DNA of 64,000 bases from Rhynchobatus australiae (lineage: Eukaryota). The notes beneath the pieces are model-generated. The model saw nothing but the letters and a program-made list of their open reading frames with translations, did not search any database and had not been told where the DNA came from. Position 1 is the stretch's first letter; the number at the start of each line of letters is the position of its first letter. The translations under genes and the position numbers were made by a program. Of this stretch, positions 38,478 through 51,398 are shown piece after piece. The stretch lies in assembly GCA_034780895.1 (NCBI GenBank), contig JAUZTB010000076.1, forward strand, positions 89,281,332 to 89,345,331. Reading direction: 5' to 3'.

Positions 38478-38700
38478 TGAATGATAGAAAAATAGGGGTC
38501 TATGTGGGAGGGAAGGGTTTGATAGATCTTAGAGCAGGATAAAATGTCGGCACAACATTGTGGGCCGAAGGGCCTGTACTGTGCTGCAGTTTTCTATGTC
38601 TACAAGGGAGTCAAGGGATTTGGGAAGAAAGTTGGAATATGGTGTCGAGGCCAGGATTGGATCAGCCATTATCTTAATAGTGGAGCAGGCTCAAGAGACT
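38478..38700 (+). mobile_element. CR1-type LINE 3' ends (young fragment followed by older fragment)
   Basis: gtgggccgaagggcctgtactgtgctgcagttttctatg tail, followed by gatcagccattatcttaatagtggagcaggctcaagag. Confidence 0.7.
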
Positions 38701-40059
38701 GCTGTTGGCAAACACCTGGCCAAGGAGGAACGAAAGACAGAGGTTGAGGGAGGCAATTCCAGAATAGTTTCTAGTTGGTCAACCAATGGTGGGAATGATG
38801 AAATTCAGGGAGGAGAAAGAGGGCAGAATTGGAGGAGTTCAGATTCTTCAGGGATGGAGGGAATTACAAGGTGAAGAAGGGGAGATACCATGGAGAGAGT
38901 TGAAAACCAGGATCAGAACTTTAAAATTTATGGCAGCATCTTTGTAATGAGAGGAACACCCAGTGTTAGTGATGCATCAGCTGCTGCTGTCACTCTTGAT
39001 CCCATCACTCACTCAGTCTCTCTGGTACTTTTTAATACTGGTGCATTCCATCTAAACACCCCCATTTGTGAATGGAGAACCATCCCTGCTGGCACCACAC
39101 AGCAAGGCCTAGATTGACACTTCCCGGCACCCGCGCATCAGTGAGACTATGCAGAATTTGGACTGCATTGAAGCCATCAGTTCCAATATTAAAGAATTAA
39201 TTTAAAATTAATATCAAGGCTTCTAAAACAAGGATTAAGCTATCACTTCAGACTCACTGTGTTAAGAGTGAGTATCCCAGCTGTGATAACGCTGGTCGAT
39301 AGCACCTCTGTTGTTCCTGATCTGTTTGTTTAGATGAAGCACTGTTTATTTTGCTTCCCCAGTGGAACACTGCAAGGAATTTCAGAGCACAAGAGGTTTC
39401 CCCAGCTGCTGATAGTTTGTTTCTTGAACCAGAAATAGCGATAAAATAGAGAGGGTTGGTGGGGTTTGAAAAAGCACAGATCAGGCTTCATGGACATCAC
39501 TGCAGTAGGTTTCTGATAAAATCACTTCTTTACATAGGAGGTGAAAGTTGTTTCTCTATGCTGTTGATTTTATTAAATGGAGTTTTTATGGTGTGACAAG
39601 ATTACTATTGTGAAAACCAAAAACCACACAAAAAGCTGCTTTATTGAAATGTCTCAATGGTGGAAGCACATAATCCTTAACATTGAGACATAGTTCAACT
39701 ATGTTTACATTGCAAAGCAAATATACAGCTCACTTAAAGGTAATCTGGATATCTGTGTGAGATGTCTTTTACTGGGATAGCAATTCACTGCTCATACTGG
39801 AGTAAATGTATTCCTTAACCAAACCATGCAATAAAAGAATCATGAAATATGACTGGATAATAGCTACTATTTGGCATTATACAGACCTCAAGAGAACAAA
39901 TTGAAAATGAGGCCCTTTGTGGCAAAGTTGATCCTTTTTTGGATTGGATTAAATAAATAAATACATTTTAGGGAAATAAATGATACAAAAAGGCATGTAA
40001 CAGTGTGCTACCTTCAATACCATCAAGGCAAGCAGATGAATTTTGTTTTGGAGGATGTG

Positions 40060-40345
40060 GAGTTCCCAATTTGAGCACAGCAAGGTACTACAAACACCAA
40101 TGTCATTATGGCTCAGTGTTGTGTTTTAGTGATGTGAAAACACTAAGGAGCGGTACTCCTCAGTGAGGTGGGGCTGTGGGGTCTTCTACATCCATCTGAG
40201 AAGGCAATTCTCAAACAGTTGCACCCTCAGCCCTCAGTTTACCATTGGAGTGCTAGCCCAGAAATTTTATTGGGTGTTTATTTGCACGTGTTCCTGGATT
40301 GGAGCGTTCTGATTTAGCATGAGGAGCACTACCCACTGAGTCACT
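40060..40345 (-). mobile_element. Degenerate DeuSINE
   Basis: ggggtcttctacatccatctgag, gcacagcaaggtactacaaacaccaatg and a tRNA-like head (ctacccactgagtcac); collinear with the 5915 copy. Confidence 0.6.
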
Positions 40346-41859
40346 GTTGACACTAATGAGCAGGAAGTCATTTCTCTTGACTAGGCAAGTTCCTGTATGA
40401 CATATGATATGATTGTGTATTGATTGTAGTGCTGAGGTCCCTTGGGCAGTTTTGCCACATTAGAGGAAGGATATAAGTGCTTGTTGTTCTTGTTAGTAAT
40501 GAACTAACAACCCCAAGTTCAAATCCAAACAAGGCAAATGAAAACTTCATTTTGAGAGTACTGTGGGGTCATTTGACATGGTTCTTGATGAGCCAGCCAT
40601 GCTATTACCTTATGTGATTTTTGTATGCGTGTATGAGTTCAATTAGTCTGGTCATTTGGGGGGGGAGGGGGTTAACAGCAGGAAATAATGACAACAAAAA
40701 AATTGCTAGGTTGTTGTAAAAACCTAGTTAGTTTACTGGTTTATTAATGAACTTCAGGATAGGAAACCTGCCATCTCTACCTGGTCTGACCCACATGTGG
40801 TTCCAATCATACACGGCGTGACAGAGTCAGAGCTTCCTTTGATGCGGTCTTGCAAAGCATCTAGTTGCTGCTCCTCAAATAAAAGGTCCACCACCTTCCC
40901 CAAGGCTTTCATAAGTGCCAATAAGTGAGTCCAAGAGACCAAACAATAAAATAAAAATCAATTTCGCAGGTACAAAGCCAAAATGTAGTAAATCTACAGG
41001 ACAAAACTGCCCTTAATTCAACACAATTTGGTACTAAAATAACAGATGATTTCTGGTGATGTTTAGCAGNNNNNNNNNNNNNNNNNNNNNNNNNNNNNNN
41101 NNNNNNNNNNNNNNNNNNNNNNNNNNNNNNNNNNNNNNNNNNNNNNNNNNNNNNNNNNNNNNNNNNNNNTGAGGTGTTCCCTTTTACTGCTGTAAGGGTA
41201 AACAAATTTGTGACATTTACACGGTGCATTTTAATGAGGAACAGCTGCAAACTGGATACAAAAACTGAATTAGTCGCTGCTGTGTAAATGGCTCTTTAAT
41301 ACCCCTATTTTACTGATTAAGTGCTAACTCCCCTAAGGATATAATTTCACGTTAATAGTTGTGGGACATTCTTCAAGGTAACCAAATTTGTGTAAAAAAA
41401 CAATTTGGGAAAATATTTTAGTTAATTCATCCATTGAACAAACCTTATGAATAAAATATTTACGAAATATCCTGCCTTTTAAAGCTATTGTTATTTCTGT
41501 GTTCTTTATATTGCTTTAGTCTTGCGGCTGAATGTTTGGAAATATTTGATGCAAGAGCTGGAAATATTATTGGACTCCTGTTTCAAGACATTAGTGAAGC
41601 TGACAGTGTATCATCAATAAGGAATCACCAAGATTTTCCAAGGGAGTTGGAGCAGTTGCTTAACCACTGATTATTTCCTTTGTCATACAACCATGCTTTC
41701 TTGATTCAGAGATATATTTAGACAAGAAAGCCTTTACCAAAGACTTTAATAATGATGGCATTTCCTTTAACTTAGATATTCCCTGTTTAATTTTCTTCCT
41801 TCTCCCTCTGCAAAAGGGTATAGACTNNNNNNNNNNNNNNNNATCATGCCTTTGATGCA

Positions 41860-42110
41860 GGAAGCATCAAAAGGTGCTTCACAGCAGTGATTATCAAATA
41901 AAATTTGGCACCAAGACAGGTAAAGAGTTTTGAGAAAACAGGTCAAATGGCTTGGTCAAAGAGGTAGGTTTTAAGGAGTACCTTACATGGGGTGGAATAG
42001 AGAGAGAAGTTGAGAGATAGGGCCCTGCCAGCTTAAGGCACAGTTGGCTGGGGTGCAGAGTCTGAAACCAGAGACCGAAATTGGAATGGATCAGAATTGG
42101 AATGCTACGG
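41860..42110 (-). mobile_element. L2-type LINE 3' fragment
   Basis: aaggtgcttcacag...gcttggtcaaagaggtaggttttaaggag resembles the reverse complement of L2 tails. Pyrimidine-rich L2-like decay also at ~59050-59340 and ~63400-63740. Confidence 0.5.
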
Positions 42111-45100
42111 ATGGCAGGCACCACCTTACTTAAGTGGCCATTCATCATCCTCGATTCCAAATCATCAGCACTAGCAAATTATTGAACTGTAAAAGGCATT
42201 CTGGCTGAGACTGAACCTTTCCTTTACCTGATGTCCACAAATCATACAGTTTCCAGGCAGAGTCTTTGTGTCTCCCCCACCCAATGGTTCTGAGGTCAAT
42301 CAGAAAGCTCTGTTATCACCTGAGTTAGGCCGAGTGTTTAGTGCTAAGTGAGCAAAGTCCAACAGTTTGTGGTTTCTATGGTTTAACCACAGACCGCTTC
42401 TACCAGCCGCAGCAGATTCTTTTCTTTCAAATACTTTAACTCCCTTGCAGTGACTCATTGAAATTTCCAGCTGAGATTATCAGCAGTTACTGTTTAAATC
42501 AAGCTATTAAAAACATTCCCATAAAAAGGCGCTATGTTGATGGGAAGGTTTCCATCGCTTGTTACTTTAGCAAAGCTGTAAACACATTCTTTATACTTTT
42601 ACGATTTTGTTACAAATAGTCAAAAAAAGAATCTTTCCTTATGCGTTTGTAATTGTCAATCATTTTTAAAAGTAGCACTATGGACACAAAGTCTTAAGTA
42701 GGTATTTTACCATTATTTAAAAGAAAAACAGATTATTTAGCACCCAATCTGTGTTCTTAATACAGATTTTTTTTAATTGAGTTTGTATAGCTTAGAAAAT
42801 TAGAAAGGTGCATCAGAAATGTTTTGTTCTATTTAAGTTAGACTTAGATAGAANNNNNNNNNNNNNNNNNNNNNNNNNNNNNNNNNNNNNNNNNNNNNNN
42901 NNNNNNNNNNNNNNNNNNNNNNNNNNNNNNNNNNNNNNNNNNNNNNNNNNNNNNNNNNNNNNNNNNNNNNNNNNNNNNNNNNNNNNNNNNNNNNNNNNNN
43001 NNNNNNNNNNNNNNNNNNNNNNNNNNNNNNNNNNNNNNNNNNNNNNNNNNNNNNNNNNNNNNNNNNNNNNNNNNNNNNNNNNNNNNNNNNNNNNNNNNNN
43101 NNNNNNNNNNNNNNNNNNNNNNNNNNNNNNNNNNNNNNNNNNNNNNNNNNNNNNNNNNNNNNNNNNNNNNNNNNNNNNNNNNNNNNNNNNNNNNNNNNNN
43201 NNNNNNNNNNNNNNNNNNNNNNNNNNNNNNNNNNNNNNNNNNNNNNNNNNNNNNNNNNNNNNNNNNNNNNNNNNNNNNNNNNNNNNNNNNNNNNNNNNNN
43301 NNNNNNNNNNNNNNNNNNNNNNNNNNNNNNNNNNNNNNNNNNNNNNNNNNNNNNNNNNNNNNNNNNNNNNNNNNNNNNNNNNNNNNNNNNNNNNNNNNNN
43401 NNNNNNNNNNNNNNNNNNNNNNNNNNNNNNNNNNNNNNNNNNNNNNNNNNNNNNNNNNNNNNNNNNNNNNNNNNNNNNNNNNNNNNNNNNNNNNNNNNNN
43501 NNNNNNNNNNNNNNNNNNNNNNNNNNNNNNNACTGTATTAAAATAGATTTAAAAACTTTTAACATGTTGCAGTTGGGTTGCTCACACCGAAGGAGACAGC
43601 TTCATTTGAAGAGGATCCCCGAATGTCCGCAAATGAGCCCCACTTGTGAAAATCCCCCTACGGGTGAATAACTCCACCCCGGCATAGCCAGTTTCGGGGT
43701 TGAACCAGTTTCTTTCGCAATGTTATTTAAATCGCCGCAAAACATCATGAAAATGCATCTACCGCATTTTCTTCAGGGTATGCCGGTTTTAAATGGTCCG
43801 CACCTTGAAAATCAGTTCGCTGAGAATTCAGTCTTTAATGTTTCACGGCCCTTTTTTGTACGCGGCAATGAGATTGTGATTCACATTTCAATCTGAAATC
43901 GCAGGAGAGCCAAACTTCTGTAGTGGTCATTGGAACTGTGGAGGTGACTTTATGACATTCGCGTTGAGACGACTACAAGGATATCGGAGTAAGTTACAGC
44001 ACGAATTACAAGCTGCCAACACTTTGCCGTGCATTTAGATTATTGCATGTCCAAAGACATTCAATGTTTCCGATTTCACTGTAGGTGTGGATTTACTTTA
44101 AAGTAACAGATCATTGAGACCCACAAGTTTCCCTCCGAAGGTTCTGTTGCATCATTGATAGCGGTGTGATTCCGTGCTCGGATCGGAACCATGCCGCACA
44201 GATTTTTCACATCCCTTTGATTCGAAAAATCCTTCCAGCTTTCCGATGGACTTTTTTCACAGTAAGAACTAACCCCTCCAACCGCCAGTGAGGAATAAAG
44301 CAAAATTAGAGGAGTGTTCGGGACCTTAAGGTGATATTTCAAAATGTTCAACATGGCCCATTCAGTGGTTAAGGAGAAAGAGCAAAGTGCAGAAATAAAA
44401 ATAGCAAATGATGGAAATATCCCATACAGCTACTAGCTTCAGAAAATGAGGGAGATGTGCTCTGGATCATGAGGAAGTCCTTCCCATAAAGAAGCTGTGA
44501 CACAGAGGCTGGGTGTAAATTAATTTTCCCTGCGCATGATCCCCTGCAATCTCACCAGATGTCAAATGGCAGAGAAAGGGCATCATGACACCTCAGCATC
44601 ATGATGTAATTACTGAGCACTGCATCGCATCAAAGGAGTGTGGCAGAGCAGGTGGTGGCTGCGGGGGATGCCGTGGAGTCTTACAGCGTGGAAGCAGGCC
44701 CAGTGAGNNNNNNNNNNNNNNNNNNNNNNNNNNNNNNNNNNNNNNNNNNNNNNNNNNNNNNNNNNNNNNNNNNNNNNNNNNNNNNNNNNNNNNNNNNNNN
44801 NNNNNNNNNNNNNNNNNNNNNNNNNNNNNNNNNNNNNNNNNNNNNNNNNNNNNNNNNNNNNNNNNNNNNNNNNNNNNNNNNNNNNNNNNNNNNNNNNNNN
44901 NNNNNNNNNNNNNNNNNNNNNNNNNNNNNNNNNNNNNNNNNNNNNNNNNNNNNNNNNNNNNNNNNNNNNNNNNNNNNNNNNNNNNNNNNNNNNNNNNNNN
45001 NNNNNNNNNNNNNNNNNNNNNNNNNNNNNNNNNNNNNNNCCCAAAAGTGAACGGACAAATCACGTGAGGTCTTCGATGCACACACACAGACATGTTTGCC

Positions 45101-46414
45101 ATTTAACAGTATGAGTACATATATTTGCCCTTCCAAACCCTGGGGAACTTTACTCTGTACTCAATAACAGAGTACAGAGTACAGTTTTTTACCTGTACTA
45201 ACTCAATGTATCTGCACTGTGTAGTGAATTGATCTGTACAAACGGAATGCAAGACAAGCTTTTCACTGTACCTCTGTACAAATGACAATAATAAACCAAT
45301 ACCAATCTCAAAGTCCTGTGAAGGTCACTGGAGAATAGGAACAGGGGGGGAAGCCATTCACTCTCTTGAGCCTGTGCTACCATTCACTTAGGCAATGAAT
45401 GATCTGTATCCCAACTCATTCTAACCAGTGGGGATCATTCTACAGCTCATGTGAAGTGCGATCGATGCATGATCCTATTTACACAAAGGTTCGCCCTGAA
45501 TATATTTTTTGAGTCAGAATTTTTTTCCGGTTGGTTACACGTTGAAAGGAATTGGAGAATTAACCCACATTTCGGATGGATTGTAAATTAAAGTCTGGAA
45601 TTGGTGAAGGGTGATGTGAGGAATCCACTGTGATACAGAGATAGGTTTGTAATTTTTGTTTTAAGGCTATATTATTTACTGATAGTGTAGTCAGAATGGT
45701 GCCATTAATGGGGCCAGACAGACTGATTTCCTCAGGGAGATTCAAGTCAGCAATGCAAACTCTGCCAACATCTAGTTAGTGCATTTACTTAATATTTCCC
45801 AGTGGCCAGTTGTGAACTCCTATATCAGAAGCTAACAACAATATAAATGCTGCTTCAAATGATTCAAGTGGTTTCACTCCCAGGTTTGGAAGACAGGACC
45901 ATGCATTGATTGCACTTCACATGAGCCCTACTGGATAGACTGAACTGGGATACAGATCAGCCATTATTCAAGTGAATGGTGGCAGAGGCCCAAGGGAGTG
46001 AATGCCTTCCCCCTGTTCATATACTCCAGTGACCTTAACAGAACTTTAAATTCCGAGAATTGGTCTTTTTTTTGTTTTTATGCTGCCAGCTCTGATTTGC
46101 AGTTCCTAGTCAAACTGCTATGGAAATACCCTGGGTTTATTTTCTATTTCTTTTGCTTTTTATCATCCTAGTTTGCAAATCAACTCAATGAAGACTGACA
46201 TTGATCATGAGATTCACCAATGCTTCCAGTGCACCAACAAAGACTTCAGCTACTGAGGGAAAACGTGTGAGGAGCAAGACTTCAGATCTGGTATCATGCT
46301 CGTGGTTTACAGTTCCATGTTCTCTTGCACACCTCAGAGAGATGGACAACCTGCAGCAAGCAACTCAAAGCACTGGAAGTCTTATCAACACTGCATCATC
46401 CAAATCCAATACGA

Positions 46415-46556
46415 TTTAAGATTAAGATATTTATTTATTAGTCTCATGTCAATCACACAGTGAAATGCGTCTTTTTGCATTACTGGGAATGTGCTGCCCG
46501 CAAGTGTCACCACTCTTCCAGCGCTAACATAGCACGCCCATAACTCCTAACATGTA
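46415..46556 (-). mobile_element. V-SINE 3' fragment
   Basis: gcccgcaagtgtcaccactcttcc is a near-exact reverse complement of 3690-3713, with the same ATCTT/AATCTT tail. Confidence 0.75.
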
Positions 46557-46589
46557 CTGGAAGAATATATCAATATCAATGACCTTTTC

Positions 46590-47030
46590 CAGGCCAACAC
46601 CTTCACACTGGTTGTGCCCAAGCAGCACCGACGGGTGGGCTATGTTGCCTGCATCCCTGACACCAGATCGCCGAAATGAGCAACCAACTCAGAGCTCTGT
46701 CACGGCAGTGACTCCAGCAGGGCAGAGAAAATGCTCCACGGATGTTCTCAGAATCATCCATGAAGATATACGAGCTTGTCAGCGACACCCTGGCTTGTAG
46801 CTTCTTTCATTGGAGAATGAGTATCTAGGAAGCCATGGATCGCCTCAATTCTCGACAACAGGAACATGTGCAGGCCAACGGAAGGTGAGGGCAAAATGAT
46901 CCAAAGACTTTGACCCCCGCCCCGTCCCATATATGGCAGACTCTGTGTGCCCTGCATTGGACTCTTCAGCACACAGAATTGGAATGGAAGCAAATCACCC
47001 TCAATCCCAAGAGACTGTCTAAGAAGAAAA
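46590..47030 (+). mobile_element. RTE-clade LINE 3' fragment (decayed)
   Basis: tgggtgggctatgtt-like...cctgacaccagatcgccgaaa...tcagagctctgtcacggc...gggcagagaaaatgc preserves traces of the RTE C-terminal W.GHV..MPD.R.PK...SEL..G...GGQRKR motif, and ends in a short aagaagaa tail. Confidence 0.6.
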
Positions 47031-48976
47031 CCTTTGCAATTTCTTATAAGTGGCTCTTACAATGCAACAATGCAAGAAATTAAGACTGTAATTTAATAGG
47101 CAGGATTGAATCCAACTCCAAAGGAAACCCTTCCACACAATCACATGGACCCAAAGCAGTGGTGTGCACATTTCAGAAAGTGCTCAGAAATCCATTACAC
47201 CCATAAGAGGAAGTACAGATCATTTCAATTTTTTTAAAAGCCACAGATGGTTCAATACATCTAAAAAAAATCACCGGCAGTGATGTGGATATCTGTGTAC
47301 AGGAGTAAGAAGATTTGCAGAGAGCTCTGTATGGGATGGGCANNNNNNNNNNNNNNNNNNNNNNNNNNNNNNNNNNNNNNNNNNNNNNNNNNNNNNNNNN
47401 NNNNNNNNNNNNNNNNNNNNNNNNNNNNNNNNNNNNNNNNNNGCAGAGAGCTCTGTATGGGATGGGCAAGTCAGATTTATGTTTTGGCAAGATACAGCCA
47501 AACAGCAATTAATACATAATTATACCAATTATAACCCTGTACTAAATTTACTTTTAATTACTTCCTTTTAAGACTGAAAGCTGCAATTCCCCACCTCCCC
47601 ACCCTCCCAAACTCTATAACATTGCTTCTGGAAACGTCATAGTGGGTTCTTCTGATTGGCTGCTCTAAGTCTGTGGTTTGTATTTATCTTCTACTGAAGT
47701 TACAGCATCTTGTGGACAGCGTGTGAGGAAATTTTGGGGGGGGGGGGTAGGCCAGTTAACCTTAGATCTCTGCTTCACACCACGTGCAAACCCTGCAGAG
47801 TGACCTGGTGGCACAGTGACCCACGGTGGTCGAGATGTACCTTGAGAGACCTGGAGTTCAAACATGGCTTTCTTTGCTGTATTCTGCAGTGTTTTGAATA
47901 CTATTTAATTTGCCAGTTGCTGGTACTCACTGATTGCACCTGGAAAATATAGCAGGTAAGTATCAAGGCTTCTTGTCTCACATGGATTTCAGTGCTGAGA
48001 CTCTCAATAAGGCACTGGACTTCTACCGCTTTTGCAGGATCAGGGTAATTGGAACAGAAATTACCATGTTCCAGCGTTTAACTGCTCAGATGTGCTTGCT
48101 GAAGTCGTCTTATTTACCCAATAATAGCAGTAAGAGCTGATTAAGTCTCTATTACTTTAAATCAGAAATGAGCCATTGGGTCTAAAGTAGGATGAGGACA
48201 CTTGTCAGTCCATTTTTCTTTGTGTAAGTGGCAAACATCATCCAATTCTGTTCTACACTACGGACTACAGTGCAACCGATGAAGATTTTCTTCAGTATAA
48301 CGTCACTCAGTTAACACATTTGGAACAGCTCTTTGTCCTTTACTATTACAGTGCACCATTTGATTTAAAACATTAAAAAATATATGGCCACACTCTGTAG
48401 TTAAGTATGTTATCTAGGTAATGGATTGAAGCTTCATNNNNNNNNNNNNNNNNNNNNNNNNNNNNNNNNNNNNNNNNNNNNNNNNNNNNNNNNNNNNNNN
48501 NNNNNNNNNNNNNNNNNNNNNNNNNNNNNNNNNNNNNNNNNNNNNNNNNNNNNNNNNNNNNNNNNNNNNNNNNNNNNNNNNNNNNNNNNNNCAAGCTCAT
48601 TCCATTAATATGGCATTGATTAAGCATCTTTGTCTCCATATCACTACTCTTATTCACTGCCCTATGAATCAGTCTGAGAACAACACCAGTTCCAACAGGG
48701 TGAACCCAACCAATACAGTTAACTACTTGCTTAACACATTCAGTACTAGAAATGACTATCTATTTTCTCCAGTTTTATGTTCATTTGAAATGGTCCTGGA
48801 GTAGAAATGAGCCTAACAGGGCAGCATAATAACAGGTGTTCTCATATTTGATGATTATTACATGCCCTGATATTCACTCTCATTCACTTTCATAGACCTG
48901 CCACAAACAGAGCAGATTTTGAATGGACTGATATTTTCTAATCTGGCCCCACTATGTCACACTTGGGTCCGTATAT

Positions 48977-49216
48977 ATGATAAGATATCCTCATTAGTCA
49001 CATGTACATCAAAACACACAGTGAAATGTATCTTTTTTGCGTAGTGTGTTTTGGGCACAGCCCATAAGGGTTGCCATGCTTCCAGCACCAACATAGCATG
49101 CACAGAACTTCCTAACCCGTACGTCTTTGGAATATGGGAGGAAACCGGAGCACCTGGAGGAAAGCCCTGCAGACACGGGGGGAACATACAAACTCCTTAC
49201 AGGCAGCAGCCGGAAT
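48977..49216 (-). mobile_element. V-SINE copy, 5'-truncated, same family as 3465
   Basis: Reverse complement shares the tail (tgtacatgtgact...atatcttatc) and V domain (ctgtaaggagtttgtatgttc) with the 3465 copy. Confidence 0.8.
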
Positions 49217-51398
49217 ATATCAGCAACTCTCTAAAACCATTCTAATCAGCCAAGCTTTATGAATGGAGCATTTTAAATGTCTTTTTCCCTCATATTCAGC
49301 AACTGAAAGTATTTGTAAAAAAGCTCATTCATGCTCCAACCTGGCCCCTTTCTCAATTGTATTTTCTCACTCAGCTTTTTACAACAGCAGCTATTAAGCA
49401 ATAATTGTGATGAGAATGCTGGTTGAATTTCCATCTCTCTAACTCAGAACAAGTGAGATCAGTTCTTTTCATAGCTGATGCCAGCCAGGAATCACTGGCA
49501 CGAGGGGTGCCTTTTGTTACAAGGGCATGGTAAGAGGATGAAAATGAACTTATTATTATCACTGCATAAGGTGCAGGGTAGTTGCAGGACATTGGTAAGG
49601 TAGGTGAAAATTATACACAGAGCACTAGTGTTTAATATAGTGTGTGACTTTAGCATGACTCTTTCAGTTTGACTTACAGTTATTGCTCTACATGGTAAGA
49701 TTTTACATTTGGTACTTTGACAAATACATNNNNNNNNNNNNNNNNNNNNNNNNNNNNNNNNNNNNNNNNNNNNNNNNNNNNNNNNNNNNNNNNNNNNNNN
49801 NNNNNNNNNNNNNNNNNNNNNNNNNNNNNNNNNNNNNNNNNNNNNNNNNNNNNNNNNNNNNNNNNNNNNNNNNNNNNNNNNNNNNNNNNNNNNNNNNNNN
49901 NNNNNNNNNNNNNNNNNNNNNNNNNNNNNNNNNNNNNNNNNNNNNNNNNNNNNNNNNNNNNNNNNNNNNNNNNNNNNNNNNNNNNNNNNNNNNNNNNNNN
50001 NNNNNNNNNNNNNNNNNNNNNNNNNNNNNNNNNNNNNNNNNNNNNNNNNNNNNNNNNNNNNNNNNNNNNNNNNNNNNNNNNNNNNNNNNNNNNNNNNNNN
50101 NNNCTTCTATACTACAAGATATTCTATACTGTACATATAGGAGTGATCTTATTACTCTTAGAAGTGTATTATAACAGGAACATTATTTAAAAAGCACTCT
50201 TGACTCTGTCCCTGACTTTGAATGCTTTGTCAAACTATAGTTTCCTTACAACACATATTTTAATGCATACAGTATATTAAATATGAATTAAGAAAAATGT
50301 TGCAGAGTATCTTTGGCTACATTCAATAGGAAAGTAGGCTTGCATCTGATGCCCTGTTACTAAATTTACAATGTATAGAAACATACAACAAAAATAATAC
50401 ACAAATGTAAAAAAAAAGTTTCTCTGATTATATTTTACGTCCTCATCCAGAATTACTGTGGCCAGTATTAAAGACCACTATTTAATTAGTGGATGAAATA
50501 ATTTACATACAAATACATTGAGCTTTTGGATGCACTTAATTTCTAAGTCAACACCTCATTTCTTTTGGAAGCATAACAAAAATGATAGTGTCAGCCCTTG
50601 GACATGTAATATTTTGGAATACAATAATCATTTTAGCTATCATTTAAAATAACATTGCCATTTTAATTTAGTCTGATATTTGCTTTTCTTCCCACTGTCC
50701 TGAAGGTGGTGGCACGTGCTATACTTATGCTATGAAATTGTGTCAGCTGCTTGGTAGCTTACTAAGTGCTGATTCCTGAGCCTAGAAACTGGATCGATTG
50801 GTGCCCACCTTTTATGTGCAAATTGCACTTAAATCAATGTAAGCTTGATGTAGATTGGTATTGTGATAATATTCTGGTGAAATTAGCCTTTAGCAAAATT
50901 GTACAGGTTACCACACCTGATATTTTTCCAGCATTGGCATGCAGTGTCCCTTTATTCCCTATTGACATAAATTAGAGCTGAAAGGCTCAAGTTATGACCA
51001 TTGAACAGCAGTCTCACTTGAAACGGAGAAGTGCACTACTTGTTGCTTTTCTCATTATTTAAAGGGACACTCCGCTGACATTCGGAGATCTGGCCAAGCG
51101 CTCAAACACCTTCCAATGTCCAGAGAGCATGCTCAAACTGATAGTGGGTGTTTCTTCAGCTGAAGTCTTNNNNNNNNNNGTCTTTGTCATAAGGGCTGCA
51201 CTTCATTACTGGAGGTGTTGTTATGACTATGGCTGGCCAATTAAGGTGGATCAGGGGTGTCAGTGCATGAGGCAAAGACATCAGTGAAGAACTTACCCTC
51301 ACAAGCTCTTCAGAGACAACATATCTGTATTAGAACTGACTGATGAACAATGTATTTGCAGGAGCAGGTTTTCCAAGGCTGTCATCCCTCGGATGTGT

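Noticed and set aside
47317-47468. 26-bp direct repeat around a gap (similar cases at 21985-22148 and 57071-57182)
   Set aside because: The gaps are exactly 100 N (unknown size), so contig-end overlap or a collapsed tandem repeat is the likely cause. Not CRISPR-like and not a reliable TSD.
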